From contig NC_042999.1 of the NCBI RefSeq assembly GCF_006345805.1, positions 12,958,001-13,022,000 of the forward strand: a stretch of 64,000 bases of DNA, written 5' to 3'. A program made the position numbers and the translations under genes. This document shows, piece after piece, positions 13,936 through 25,532 of the stretch (the first letter of the stretch is position 1; every line of letters begins with the position of its first letter). The notes under the pieces were generated by a model. That model made no database searches. It saw only the letters and a program-made list of their open reading frames with translations, and was not told the origin of the DNA. The stretch comes from Octopus sinensis (Eukaryota).

Positions 13936-14289
13936 GGCTTCTTTCAGTCTCTGTCAATCAAATCTGCTCACAAAGCCTTGCTCAACCTGGAGTCTCACTA
14001 CAAGGTGCCATGTAGTGAGACTGAACCTCAAACCATGTTGTTGCAAAGCAGACTTCTTAACAGCACAGTCACACCTATTTCCATTACAACTTTCACAAAC
14101 CACCAAGAGAAAGACCTTGCAGCATTTTTAAAAAGGTTCCTGCAGTTTCTGTTTAGAGCAATATCTTTTATGTTTATTTCAAATGCCCATATATGGTCAA
14201 ATACGTTATAGGATAACAGTGTTTATTACAGCCACAATAGTATAAAAAAAGAAAGTGAAACAAAAGAAAAAAAACTCCTCTCCTTAAAT

Positions 14290-15020
14290 GCGAGACCTGT
14301 TGAAGGAGATCTATAATTTGAGACAATCTAGATATGACTGGTCCATCTTTTTGCTCTTGTCAAGATAAGGAGACACAAACACACACATGCATGCATATAT
14401 GCACAAATATGAACACACAATCAAGACCCAGGAAGACATGGGATGAGGTGGTGATGCATAATCTTTGAATGTTTGGGCCTCACAGAGGTAACAATAAGAC
14501 ACTGAGACATTTGGCAAAATGTTGTGCTTGAAAAAACCCATCAAGCCAAGTGAAATAATAGTTGTAGCCATTGCTGGTGTCATGTAAACAGCCCCCTTGA
14601 AATTGTAATCCTGGCTGTTACCAGTAGCATGATCTTCAAATGTTGAGCGTCACGGATGCAAGGGACGAGGTGGTGAAGCATGATCTTTGAATGTTGGGCT
14701 TCACAGAAGTGATGACAAGTGACCGAGACCGTGGCGATATGCAGTGCTTGAGAAGACTCGTCAAGCCAAATGAAATCATAGTCATGGCTGTAGCCAGAGT
14801 CATGTAAATGGCACTTGTGCTGGTGGCACGTAAAAAGCACCCATTACACTCTGAGTGGTTGGCATTAGGAAGGGCATCCAACTGCAGAAACCATGCCAAA
14901 TCAGACTGGAACCTAGTACAACTCTCTGGATTACCAGTTCCAGTCAAACTAACTGCTGGCATAGGTTGAATGGTTTGACATGGAGCTGGCCAACTGGGAA
15001 GCTGTCCAGGCTTCAACTGT
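14290..15020 (+). mobile_element. RTE-type LINE 3'-end fragments (two partial tandem copies)
   Basis: Degenerate RKTWDEVVxHDL..LGLTE coding end at ~14430 and again at ~14660, followed by the family 3'UTR. Confidence 0.65.
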
Positions 15021-15153
15021 CTGTTGTGGCTTCTACAACTGTGGCACTGGCACCTGCAAAGGACAAGCCTGTATGTATGGATGGCAGTGATTTTTCTTTG
15101 TTTGATGTGTTTCTTCAAGTATAGCAAATTACCACAATCCCCAGTCCCTTGTC

Positions 15154-15186
<33 letters not shown>

Positions 15187-17165
15187 ATATATGAGTTTCT
15201 TTCAGTTCCATCTACAAAATCTATTTATGAGGCTTTGGTCAATCAGGGGCTATAGAAGATACCTGCTCAAGCTGCCACATAGTAGAACTGACCCTTAAAA
15301 CCTGTGGTTGGAAAGCAAACTTAACTACACAGCCCCAAAATTAAATACCAAATTCTGACTGCCTCCTTTTTCTGAATATATAAAATCTCTGCACGACTTC
15401 AAATAATGTGTGAGTGTGTGTGTGATACCTCTTCACCACATTCATTGTCTCTTTTCAGCTATTCTCATCTGATCTTATATAATGCAGGGTGGCCATGTGT
15501 CTCCCCTATGGCAAGATACCTGTTCCTCTATTGTACTTTAGCTTCTCAATGCCAGACATAAAGCCACCTCCCTTAAAACTGCATCCCCACTCAGTTGAAA
15601 AGGTGGGTCCTGTCTTGTGAGTTACTTGGCAACCTAAGTTGTACTGGTGCCTCCAAAAGAGAAAAATATGCACCCAGTACACACTGTAAAATGATTGGCA
15701 TTAAGAAAGGTATCCAATCACAGACTGTGACATAGTTCTCAGGCCTGTTGGAACCTGTCAAACAGTGCAACTCATGCTAACATGGATAGAAGATGTTAAA
15801 TGACCAGGACTAATTGTGTGTGTGTGTGTGTGTGTGTGTTTCAGTCATTAGACAGCAACCATGTTGAGGTAGTGCCTTGAAGGACTTTAGTTAAGGCAGT
15901 ACTTATTTTAAAGTCTGGTACTTATTTTATCAGTCTCTGTAGTAGAAGACTCTTGTTCAAGGTGCTGCACAGAGGGACTGAACCTGAAGCAATGTGGTTG
16001 CAAAATGAGCTTCTTAATCACAAATCCATACCTGCACTTGTGATTATATATATTTATCAAAAAATTATTCTATAAACAAACTATATCTGGTGATAGATAA
16101 ATAGATGGATGGACGGACGGACGGACAGACGGATACACACACAAAAGTAAATAATAGAAAATGTGATTGTATAGAGAAGACAACAGTATTTTTGAAGGAA
16201 GCTATTTTTTTTATTCTCAATAAGGTTAAACATATCCAGCAGAGTTTGATGATTACCAATAACTGCCTGTTAGACAAGATATATAATATGTAACACTGTC
16301 TCTGCAGCTGAGGAAACTGTGACAACTGAAGAAGAAAAACAAAAACAAACAAAGGTGGAGAAACAGATGCAAATTGCAGCGCAGTGCATTTTACATGACA
16401 CTCAAATAAGAATGGTTCATCAAGTAGACTGAGCGAAAGAGAAAGAAAGGAATATTACAACTGTTGTTATCATAACAATACAAAGCCTGTTACCAAGGAG
16501 AATAGCTGCAAGCTGGCTGACGTACAGCCTGGAGTATTGATGAGGCGTAAACAATCTAATGTTCTCATGAAAGAGTTGACATATCATCTAGGAATGAATG
16601 GGAGATCCTATAAATTTCAGGAATGCATTGTTAATATTACATCTTCAATTCCAGCAACTCAGAATTTTATTAAATACAAGATTTTTAGAGACAACATTCC
16701 ACCACAAGAAAATTCATTATCTTTTTGTATCAATCTGCCCAACTTATACTGATTCTTTAGAAACAACTTAACATTGTATATAAAGAAGAAAAAAAAACTT
16801 TTGTAATAGAATAAGACAAGCTTGAGTGACAAGTTATTCTGCTGAAGCTAATTCTATAGAAAGTTTTAAACAATTGTGACTGGAGATTGTGAGACAAATG
16901 TGAACAATTTCTCATAGAATCTTAGCAAAATAGCATAACTAACACCAGTACATTACCATTTGGAAAGTAACCCTACTGTAACCAGGAATATTCTTTGGTT
17001 TAAAATTGTAAAAGAAAACTCTGACAGGATCTTTTATATGAAATCTGTTTCAAAATTATTATTTAGTATCCCAGTACATGACATCTTAGGATGACCAAAA
17101 TCTTGTGAGATATCGAAATAAGTCCATCATGTGTATGTGTGTCTGTGAGTGTGAGTATACGCACG

Positions 17166-17202
<37 letters not shown>

Positions 17203-17789
17203 AGACATTGTCTTGACATCATATGATAATTATGAATGCCACTGTCATAAGAGCAGTGTCATTTGTTTCCAACTTTCCATGAAAACTTGTCCAATAATGG
17301 GAAATATTCTATTGTTTGGAAACAAAAATGGATTGGTGACATGAAGGACATCCAACTGTAGAAAATCTGTCTTAATAAATTCTACCTGACCCTTGCAAGT
17401 GAGGAAAAGTGGATAATAAAACAATGATAATTATGTCTAAGAAAATCAAAACAGGAATCAGAGCCAGTAACGATGAAGGTAAATAGTTGATGCATTGAAT
17501 TATGGGTAGCCTGAATTGATTTCTACAAATTTACTAATTATATTAGGGTTTAACTTACAACCTGAAAATACTGGAGGGACAAAAGCTTAAGCACGGATTT
17601 CAATTTGTAATTTAGCAGGTTGGCAGTATTAGGGAAATTTGTTGAAATATAAGCTTAGTTGTAGTGTTTCTGTCAATTGTGATGCAATCCTCATATTTGG
17701 CAATGCCATCAACATTTCATGCCTTCATTTTCCTTCTTTCTTTCTCTAAGTTTCCATAGATCAAACAGGTCTGTTCAGATACAAGTCAC

Positions 17790-19615
17790 CATTATAATAA
17801 TATGATAATACCATGGCTAGATTCCATGGAGGAATTACAACCGTGTTTCGTGGTCTGCTACCGCAACAGCTCCTTTATAGGATCCAGTTAGCTCAAGACA
17901 TCATCAGGAGGAACCACGTCCGGTTTCTGCCCCTACTCCTCTACTGTTTTGATGTGGCGGGGCCCCCCCTTTCGGAGGTGTCTTCAGCTCTGGTGTTGGG
18001 TGCATGTCTTCTTTCTTCTTCTTTCTTCTGTTCCCTGGCTTCTTCGATGTATCGTCAGCGAGTGTCAGCCAGTGACTGACTGTCTTGTCAAATTTCTCCC
18101 TTTAAATACCTGCCGCATAGGCTCCAGCAGGCAGCCCCAGCAAGTTGTCACGTGACACTGTCTCACCTTAACTGATTAGTGAAGGCACGTAGTTTTAGCC
18201 CGCGCTTTTTCTAAATGACCGTCACCTGTCAGTCAGCGAAGCTGATTCAGTCATCTTGTCTCACCTAATGATGTTATTTCCTGTCGGCGTGTTTATGACT
18301 TTCAAGCCATTTTCGGTGTTCCCGCTTCAGCCATATATAGAAGCTGGCTTTTACGACTGCCTCCTGTACTCTCCTTATTAGTTTACGCAGCTCGGGGCTA
18401 GAAAAAACAAATCTTCTTTTGAAAAGCGTTGTCATTTTCTTTTCAATGAAGCCCCTAGCCCCCACTGCCAGGTGATAATATTCGACATTCCATCCCTGTT
18501 CTCTGCATTCTTCGATTAGCTTTTCATACCTCTTCTCCTTTTGTTCCTCTGCATTGCCGATGTTTTCTTCCCAAGGTACTGTCAGTTGTAGTAAAATTCC
18601 CATTCTCCGGTCTCTGTTCCATAGAACTAAATCCGGTCTTTTTGTTGTTTTTATTAGTGGAAATACTACTTGTCTTTCCAAGTCCGTGGCCACCTCCCAG
18701 TATCCCTTCCATCTTTCGTCTATCTTGTATACTTTACTTGTAGGCCTGGTTTTATAACCTTTTCCCTCCTTGTGGAAGTATACTTTCCTGCGCTTTTCTA
18801 TTTTTGGGTACTCTCCCCTATCATACCTTTCGATCTTCTCCTTGAGTGCTGCGCTTATGACGCCGAGGACTTGATTATGCCTCCATGTATATCTTTCAAG
18901 TGCTAGTCTGCAACCTGACAGAACATGTCTAACCGTCACTTTCTCTCCGCATCTACACTCATCGGTTGTTTTTATGTTCCACCGGACTAATTTCGCCGGT
19001 GAGGGTAGAACGTCGAAGGTAGACTTGATCAGGAAGGATGTCCTTGCTTGTTTCCAAGCCCAAAGTTCCTTCCATGATATTCTGCGGTTGATCACATATT
19101 CCTCCCATCTCAGGCACTGTCCCTGTTGACTGCATTGCACCAAATGTACATTTCTTCTTCCTCCTTTCTCACTTCATGTACCACTGCCTCTTTCATCTCT
19201 TTTATACAGCTCTTACAAAATGGCCTGAACTTTTGCGACCCTAGGCCGGTTCTAGCTTCTTGCGTCGCTCCGACTATATCTGCGTGCCTTAGTTTTCCGA
19301 TCGCCCTGTTTACTGCCTCTTCCGCCTTCCATTTCCTTCCTGTTCATACCTTTGGAGGGTTTTCCCGGATGCTCTGATCTTTTGAATACCGTAGCATCAT
19401 TACTGTCCTTGCCTTTCCTGCCTTATATTCTTCAGCGATTGATGTTATTGGTAGTTGCAGCACAGGTTTTCCATATAGTGCAGTTGTATTCAGTGGTTTC
19501 GGCAGACCAAGCCATTTTCTGATAAACACACTGCATCTTTGCTCCCTCCTTTCTACTCTACTCGAGGCTATATATATAACTGCATGGATAACTGAAATGA
19601 AAATTTCCTCACTGA
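17790..19615 (-). mobile_element. HERO-like restriction-like-endonuclease non-LTR retrotransposon, 5'-truncated
   Basis: RKWLGLPKPLNTTALYG...LPITSIAEEYKAGKAR; GRKWKAEEAV...HADIVG; ORF 18274-19143 contains CRCGEKVTVRHVLSGC, RYTWRHNQVL, RPDLVLW and LTVPWEENI. The clade call rests on remembered HERO motifs, and the 3' boundary is uncertain. Confidence 0.75.
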
Positions 19616-20159
19616 AGGAGCAGGCATACATTGGCGCAAGTATGGCTGTGTGGTAAGAAGTTTGCTTCCCAACCACATGGCCTCAGGTGCAATCCCATTC
19701 ATGGCACATTAGGCAAATGTTTTCTACTCTATCCTTGTGCCAACCAAAGTCATGTGAACGAATCTGGTCAACGGAAACAGGACAAAACCTGTCATGTGAA
19801 TGTGTTATTGTCTTCTTGCTTTGATATCCTGATTGTGAAGGAGTGGCAGCATCATGCAAGTGGTGTCTGATCATGGGGAAATATTATGTTATTTGGTAAC
19901 AGTTGAGGGTTGGTGATAAGGAGGGCATCCAGCAGTGAAAAATTCACCTCAACAAATTCTGTTCAATCAATACAAGTATGGAAAATTGAACATTAAGATA
20001 GTGATAAAGAATGCTTTTCCTATGTTGAGCTTTCATTTGCATAAGAGACAGTTAAAGAGTTAACCTTAGATAAAATACCATCTTTTCATATTCTTTGCTA
20101 ATGAAACAATCATTTGTTAATTACTCATCTTACTAATTTAATTACAACAGAGAAATCAT

Positions 20160-21260
20160 CATCATCAACATCCACTTTCCATGGGTTGAACAATTTGACA
20201 GAGCTGGTTAGCAGGGATCTGCCCAGACTCCAGCTGTCTGTTGTGGCATAGTTTCCCTGGCTGAATGCCCCTCCTAATGCCAACCACTCAACAGAGTGTG
20301 CTGGGAGCTTTTCACATGCCACCAGCACCTGAAAGGACAAGCCTGTATGTGAGGAAGATATCAACTTTACTTAGCTTGATGCATCTTATCAAATACATCA
20401 AATTACTACATCTCCCAGTCCCTCATCATTACCTCAGTGAGGCCCAGCATCTGAAGATCCTTTCTCACCTCTTTGTCCCACAACTTCCTGGGTCTTCCTC
20501 TTCCACAGGTACCCTCCACAATTAGAGCTCAGCACTTCTTTATTCAGCTGTCCTCATCCATACACATCACATGACCAAACCAGCACAGTCTTCTCTCTTG
20601 CACACAACATCTGATGCCTGTTATACCCAATTTTCCTCTTGAATCATTTACATACTGTTGCACATACACACTGACATTACCCATCCAGCAGTGCTTACTG
20701 GCTTCATTTCTTTCAATCTTTTGCAAGTCCTCTATAGTCAAAGCTCACATTTCACTGCCATGTGGCATAGCTGTACATACACAGACATCATACGATCTGC
20801 CTTTCACTTTGAGAGAGAGGCCCTTAGTTACCAACAAAAATAAAAGCTCTCTGAACTTTGCCCAGCCTGTTCTTATCCTAGCAACTATACTTTAAGAACT
20901 TCTTCCACCACTGCTAACTTGATCTTCTAGGTAACAAAAACTATTTACTACTTCTAGTGATTCCCCCCCCACACACACACACACAACACCACTACCAAGC
21001 AAATGAGGGAGACTGTTGTTTCCACACTTTTAGTGTTTGTTGTACCTGCAGATTTGCCACACACAAAGGCAATATTCTCTGTTAACCTTCCTGTGATACT
21101 GCTACACCTCTTGTGTGTCCAAAGCTTGCACTGGGTACAACACATGGAGTTTCTACCAAACCCTTCTTATATATCAAGCAAGGTTATCTCCCAGAAGGAG
21201 TATTGATGTCTAGAAGATCCAAAGAGTGTTGGGTAATGTTAAGTAAGTGCTATAGATAGA
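20160..21260 (-). mobile_element. RTE-type LINE 3' fragment (degenerate)
   Basis: CKLWTHKRCSSITGRL; VQERRLCWFGHVMCMDEDS; 3'UTR and (GAT)n tail. Confidence 0.7.
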
Positions 21261-21319
21261 CTGTGGTTAAACTCTTAGTTTGATAATGAAATGAGTGAGA
21301 AGTCTAATGTGAGCCTTGT

Positions 21320-21608
21320 ATGAGCTTGGATATATATACATACATACATACATACATACATACATACATACACACACATATACCCATACATATATACATA
21401 TACCCATATATATACATATACCCATATATATACATATATACATATACCCATATATATAGATATATACATATACCCATATATATACATATATACATATACC
21501 CATATATATACATATATACATATACCCATATATATACATATATACATATACCCATATATATACATATATACATATACCCATATATATACATATATACATA
21601 TACCCATA
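21320..21608. repeat. TA-rich minisatellite, ~26-nt unit TACCCATATATATACATATATACATA, plus (TACA)n
   Basis: Direct reading; it explains the ORF-track YIYMGIC repeats. Confidence 0.9.
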
Positions 21609-22123
21609 TCTATATATATAAAACTGTAGTTGTGTGAGTGTCTGTCTCCTACGATTTAGATTCCTAACTCCTCCCACATTTTGCGGTGCAGTTTAACTAA
21701 ATTCGGGTATCTTATAGTCGTAATTAATATCAAGCCCGTCTGGCTATTAGCGCGCGTCTACGATGAATCTACGATTTTAAAAATAATTTAACAACATTTT
21801 TTATTCCATTTTAATGCATAATTTTTCGTGTGTCAATGGCGGCGGAGTTGGCGTCCACGCTCAAACACCTGCACCTGTGTTTGCTTCTCCCCCTTCTTCC
21901 CTCCCTCGTGAAGCTGTGGGGAAGGGAGTTTAAGGAAATCAACGTCGTAATGCGTTGTCAAGGAGACCAGCGTTCTTTTAGAACAACGACTTCATGGCTT
22001 GAAGACACCAAAACGGAAATGGCTAAGAAAGCCCGAATTGGCATCTATAAGGGAAGTAACTCTCTAAAAATGCTTATATAGTTATTTCCCTTACAAACCC
22101 GAGCAACACCGGCGATACTGCTA

Positions 22124-22124
<1 letters not shown>
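21609..22124 (+). mobile_element. Non-autonomous Helitron-like element A
   Basis: Begins A|TC(TATATATATAAAACTG). Ends with imperfect hairpin CCCGAGCAACACCGG, then GATACTG-CTAG|T. No TSD. Confidence 0.65.
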
Positions 22125-22169
<45 letters not shown>

Positions 22170-22203
22170 TTGTTTAAACCTGCGTTAACTCCATTTTTTA
22201 TTC

Positions 22204-22234
<31 letters not shown>

Positions 22235-22376
22235 AGTAATTGAGATTCTAGTGAATTCTAAAGAATTCACATGAATATGGTCCTTAACCAGGATGCACCG
22301 GATATCTATATGGTGTTAGCCATATGACAAGTGGGGTGATTATAAATAGGAAAAAAGCAACAAGAATGGATTAAAA

Positions 22377-22464
22377 TCTCAGTACGATCGTTTCGTACGA
22401 GGACATCTTTAATAAGCTACAAAAAATGCAGTGAATACAGATGGCTCGTACTCGTCAGCCGAAA
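22377..22464 (-). ncRNA. Type I hammerhead ribozyme motif, inverted copy on the DENND5 pre-mRNA strand
   Basis: Reverse complement of the same motif. The single substitution turns a stem I G-C pair into G-U (CTGAGA), so pairing is retained. Predicted cleavage is between 22383 and 22382. Confidence 0.83.
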
Positions 22465-23384
22465 AAAATAGAGAATTCCCAAACATCAAAAGGGGTAGAT
22501 ATAAAAGAGGTTGTAGGATTAACTGCGTTGAAGAAAGTTCGATTCATGGAGATCTGATGAAAGGTTTTAAACCTATAGAATTTATGCATGTCTACATATA
22601 GTTCATATTGGATATTTGATCAAGTTGTATGAAGAAAATTTTCGGATACAGTCATGTAGTAACATCTATTAATAGTAACATTTATGAATAAAGAAATAAA
22701 TGGTTGACCTCAGTTCGATTTTGTTCCAAACAAACTTAGACTTTTTTGTTAGTATCAAACTGTGCCCATCCCCTTAGCTTCCCCTTTCCTTTCTCTTTGA
22801 CAGCTTAAATAGTAGTAACTGATTAAATTCCTACCCCCTTCCTCCTCTTTCTGTGATTCTTGAATATTTCTTTAACTATCTGAACCACTGCAATATAAGG
22901 CTGTCATTTTTGCTTCTCATTCGGACTCCCTGATATTTTCGCATGATTGTACCTTAAATCCCTCCACAGAACTGGATTACGAACTATAAGGACATACACA
23001 AATTTTGTAAGTTCAAGACTTTTTCATCAGATCTCCAAAAAAAATCGAACTTATCTGCGATTCTTGTTAATTTCAATAACAATTTGTTATTCTTCTACAT
23101 GACATGACAGTCACTATGTTTTTACTCAGACTTTCCTCTACATGATGTGACAGTCACTCTGCCTCTTACTCGGATTTTCAGAAATTTTGCATGACTGTAT
23201 CCGAAAATTTTCTTCATACAACTTGATCAAATATCCAATATGAACTATATGTAGACATGCATAAATTCTATAGGTTTAAAACCTTTCATCAGATCTCCAT
23301 GAATCGAACTTTCTTCAACGCAGTTAATCCTACAACCTCTTTTATATCTACCCCTTTTGATGTTTGGGAATTCTCTGATATTTT

Positions 23385-23472
23385 TTTCGGCTGACGAGTA
23401 CGAGCCATCTGTATTCACTGCATTTTTTGTAGCTTATTAAAGATGTCCTCGTACGAAACGATCGTACCGAGA
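23385..23472 (+). ncRNA. Type I hammerhead ribozyme motif (minimal, palindromic stem III)
   Basis: Stem I TTTCGG(23385-90)/CCGAGA(23467-72); core CTGACGA(23391-97); stem II GTACGAG/CTCGTAC extended by CATCT/AGATG; GAAA(23455-58); stem III ACG-AT-CGT; GUA triplet. Predicted cleavage is after 23466. Confidence 0.85.
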
Positions 23473-23500
23473 TTTTAATCCATTCTTGTTGCTTTTTTCC

Positions 23501-23532
<32 letters not shown>

Positions 23533-23556
23533 ATATATATTATATATATATATATA

Positions 23557-23975
23557 TCTCCATATATATATATTTTTTTATATATAAAGCTGAATTTGTC
23601 TGTGTGTGTGTGACAGGTTTGGTAGCTTTCAACTAACACTATCTCCTCCAAGACCCTGCGGCGCAAGTTGACCAAAATTGAGAGTATGATAGAAGAAGGC
23701 TTGCTCTTCATTCCATAGAAGAAAAAATTCAAATTGGACCATGTTAACACCAAAAATTATTTACATCAAAAAGGTGCTTTTTTTCTATGAAAATCTTTTT
23801 TTTTTAATGTTTTTTTTACTGCTGTGTCGACATTTTTCAGTGTATTTCAACCATAAAAATGTTTACTTAAAGAGAATAACAAGCTACATAATGCAAAATT
23901 CTTACTTTTCAAAAATTCCAATTCAAAAGGGTCGAAAAGAAAACAAACCCGAGCAATGCCGAGCTATACTGCTTG
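23557..23975 (+). mobile_element. Non-autonomous Helitron-like element B
   Basis: TC...TATATAAAGCTG start. The 3' end CAAACCCGAGCAATGCCGAGCTATACTGCTTG|T closely resembles the end of element A, but the interior is different. Confidence 0.55.
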
Positions 23976-24005
23976 TATATATATATACACACACATATAT
24001 ACACC

Positions 24006-24068
<63 letters not shown>

Positions 24069-24129
24069 TATATATATACATACACACACACACAAATATA
24101 CTCATACATATACATACTAAAATCTAGCT

Positions 24130-24790
24130 TTATGCATGGCATTTGTAGAAACACATCTCAGACCTGATGTAGGAATGCAGAAATACAAATACCACAATGC
24201 GTTGTCATATGCTCAGACAGAAAAGAGAGGAGCTATGATAGAGTTGCTCTGTACATCTGAGAGGAACTCACACTCCAGGTCCTTCTGTCATATTCAAATT
24301 CAGTTTGTGACACTCAAATTGTACACAATACAATTCAATATTGCTATATGTACTACACATCGCCCATCAGATGCTCTGAGTCATACAGGCAAGTTTGAAG
24401 ACTGCTTAGCAAAGATAAGAGAAGTTCTCATGAAACTGGAACAACACATCAGTGTATTGTTTTTGGGTGACTTTAACTTCCCCAATGTGGGATGGCTTGG
24501 AGGCCAGATTCTCCCAGGAATGAGACACCACCAACAAGCACAAGCGGAGTCCCTGCTCCAAATGACCTATGCTTCTTTTATGGAGGGAGCAAATTGTGCT
24601 ACAACCATCCAAATAATATACTGGATCTCTGCTTCACAAATGATTTGGACATATCCATAATGTTGAAGTGACACTGATGCTGATCTCGGATCACAACATA
24701 ATAGAGCTGCCTGTGTAAGGACCAAAAGCTCCTGCAGACATACAACTAATACAAGACACCCAAAATCTCTCCAAACTAAATTTTTCATAA
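24130..24790 (+). mobile_element. CR1-like LINE AP-endonuclease fragment (degenerate)
   Basis: FVETHLRPD...CTTHRP...VLFLGDFNFPNVGW, with later SDH-like remnants. Confidence 0.7.
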
Positions 24791-25532
24791 AAAATCTGCC
24801 TCAACAAATTCTATCAGGCACAAAGCCTGAAATTTTGGGTGAAAGGGCAAGTTAGTTACATCACCCAAGTATTCAACTGGTTCTTATTTTTATCAACCTC
24901 AAAAGTATGATTTGGCAAAGATAATCTTGCTGGAATCTATGTATGAATGAAATTCCACTAAGCAGTTTACCAGGTGGGCTAATGATTCTGCTACTCTGCC
25001 ACTTTCTTTATGACAATAATGTTGGTTTCAAATTTTGCCACAGGGCCAGTGACTTGGGGGGTGGGTAAGTCAATTATAACAACCCCAGTGCTCAATTGGT
25101 ACCTATTTTATCAACCCTGAAAGTATGAATGGCAAAGTCAACTCCAGAGGCATTTGAACTCAGAACAATAACAATTTGACCAGCTCACTGGCTTCTTTAT
25201 GATAATAATATTAACTGATAAGATACTAATCTATTTTTAGCCTCATGGGAGGAGGAGTTATCTTATTCTGATTTGACATTCACAATGGTCACTAACCAAT
25301 AATTAATCTGATACTTCTAATTATTAGGCTATGAATGTCATATCCATGGTCCTACATTGAAATAAATTACATACTACTAATCCTAATTACCTCACTGGCA
25401 AAAAAACTCTAAGCCAATTCCATGGTTTGACCTACTAGTTTTAAACTGTTCTAATTGGCTTCTCTTAACTCCTACATTAGATATAATTCATTGCACTAAT
25501 ACACCTGTTATATATATATATATTATATATAT

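Larger units (their letters stand above)
22346..23503. repeat. Long inverted repeat (arms 22346-22656 and 23190-23503, spacer 533 bp), probably a Penelope-like/retrozyme terminus
   Basis: By eye the arms differ only by one substitution and one 3-nt indel. (TA)n arrays flank the structure. Confidence 0.92.

Noticed and set aside
16398-16752. ~118-codon stop-free plus-strand stretch (…LADVQPGVLMRRKQSN…)
   Set aside because: No recognisable homology and no convincing splice pair; a few such stretches are expected by chance in 64 kb.
22552-22582. CTGATGA followed by the hairpin AGGTT/AACCT inside the foldback arm
   Set aside because: No GAAA directly after stem II and no stem III/UH, so it is not a hammerhead.
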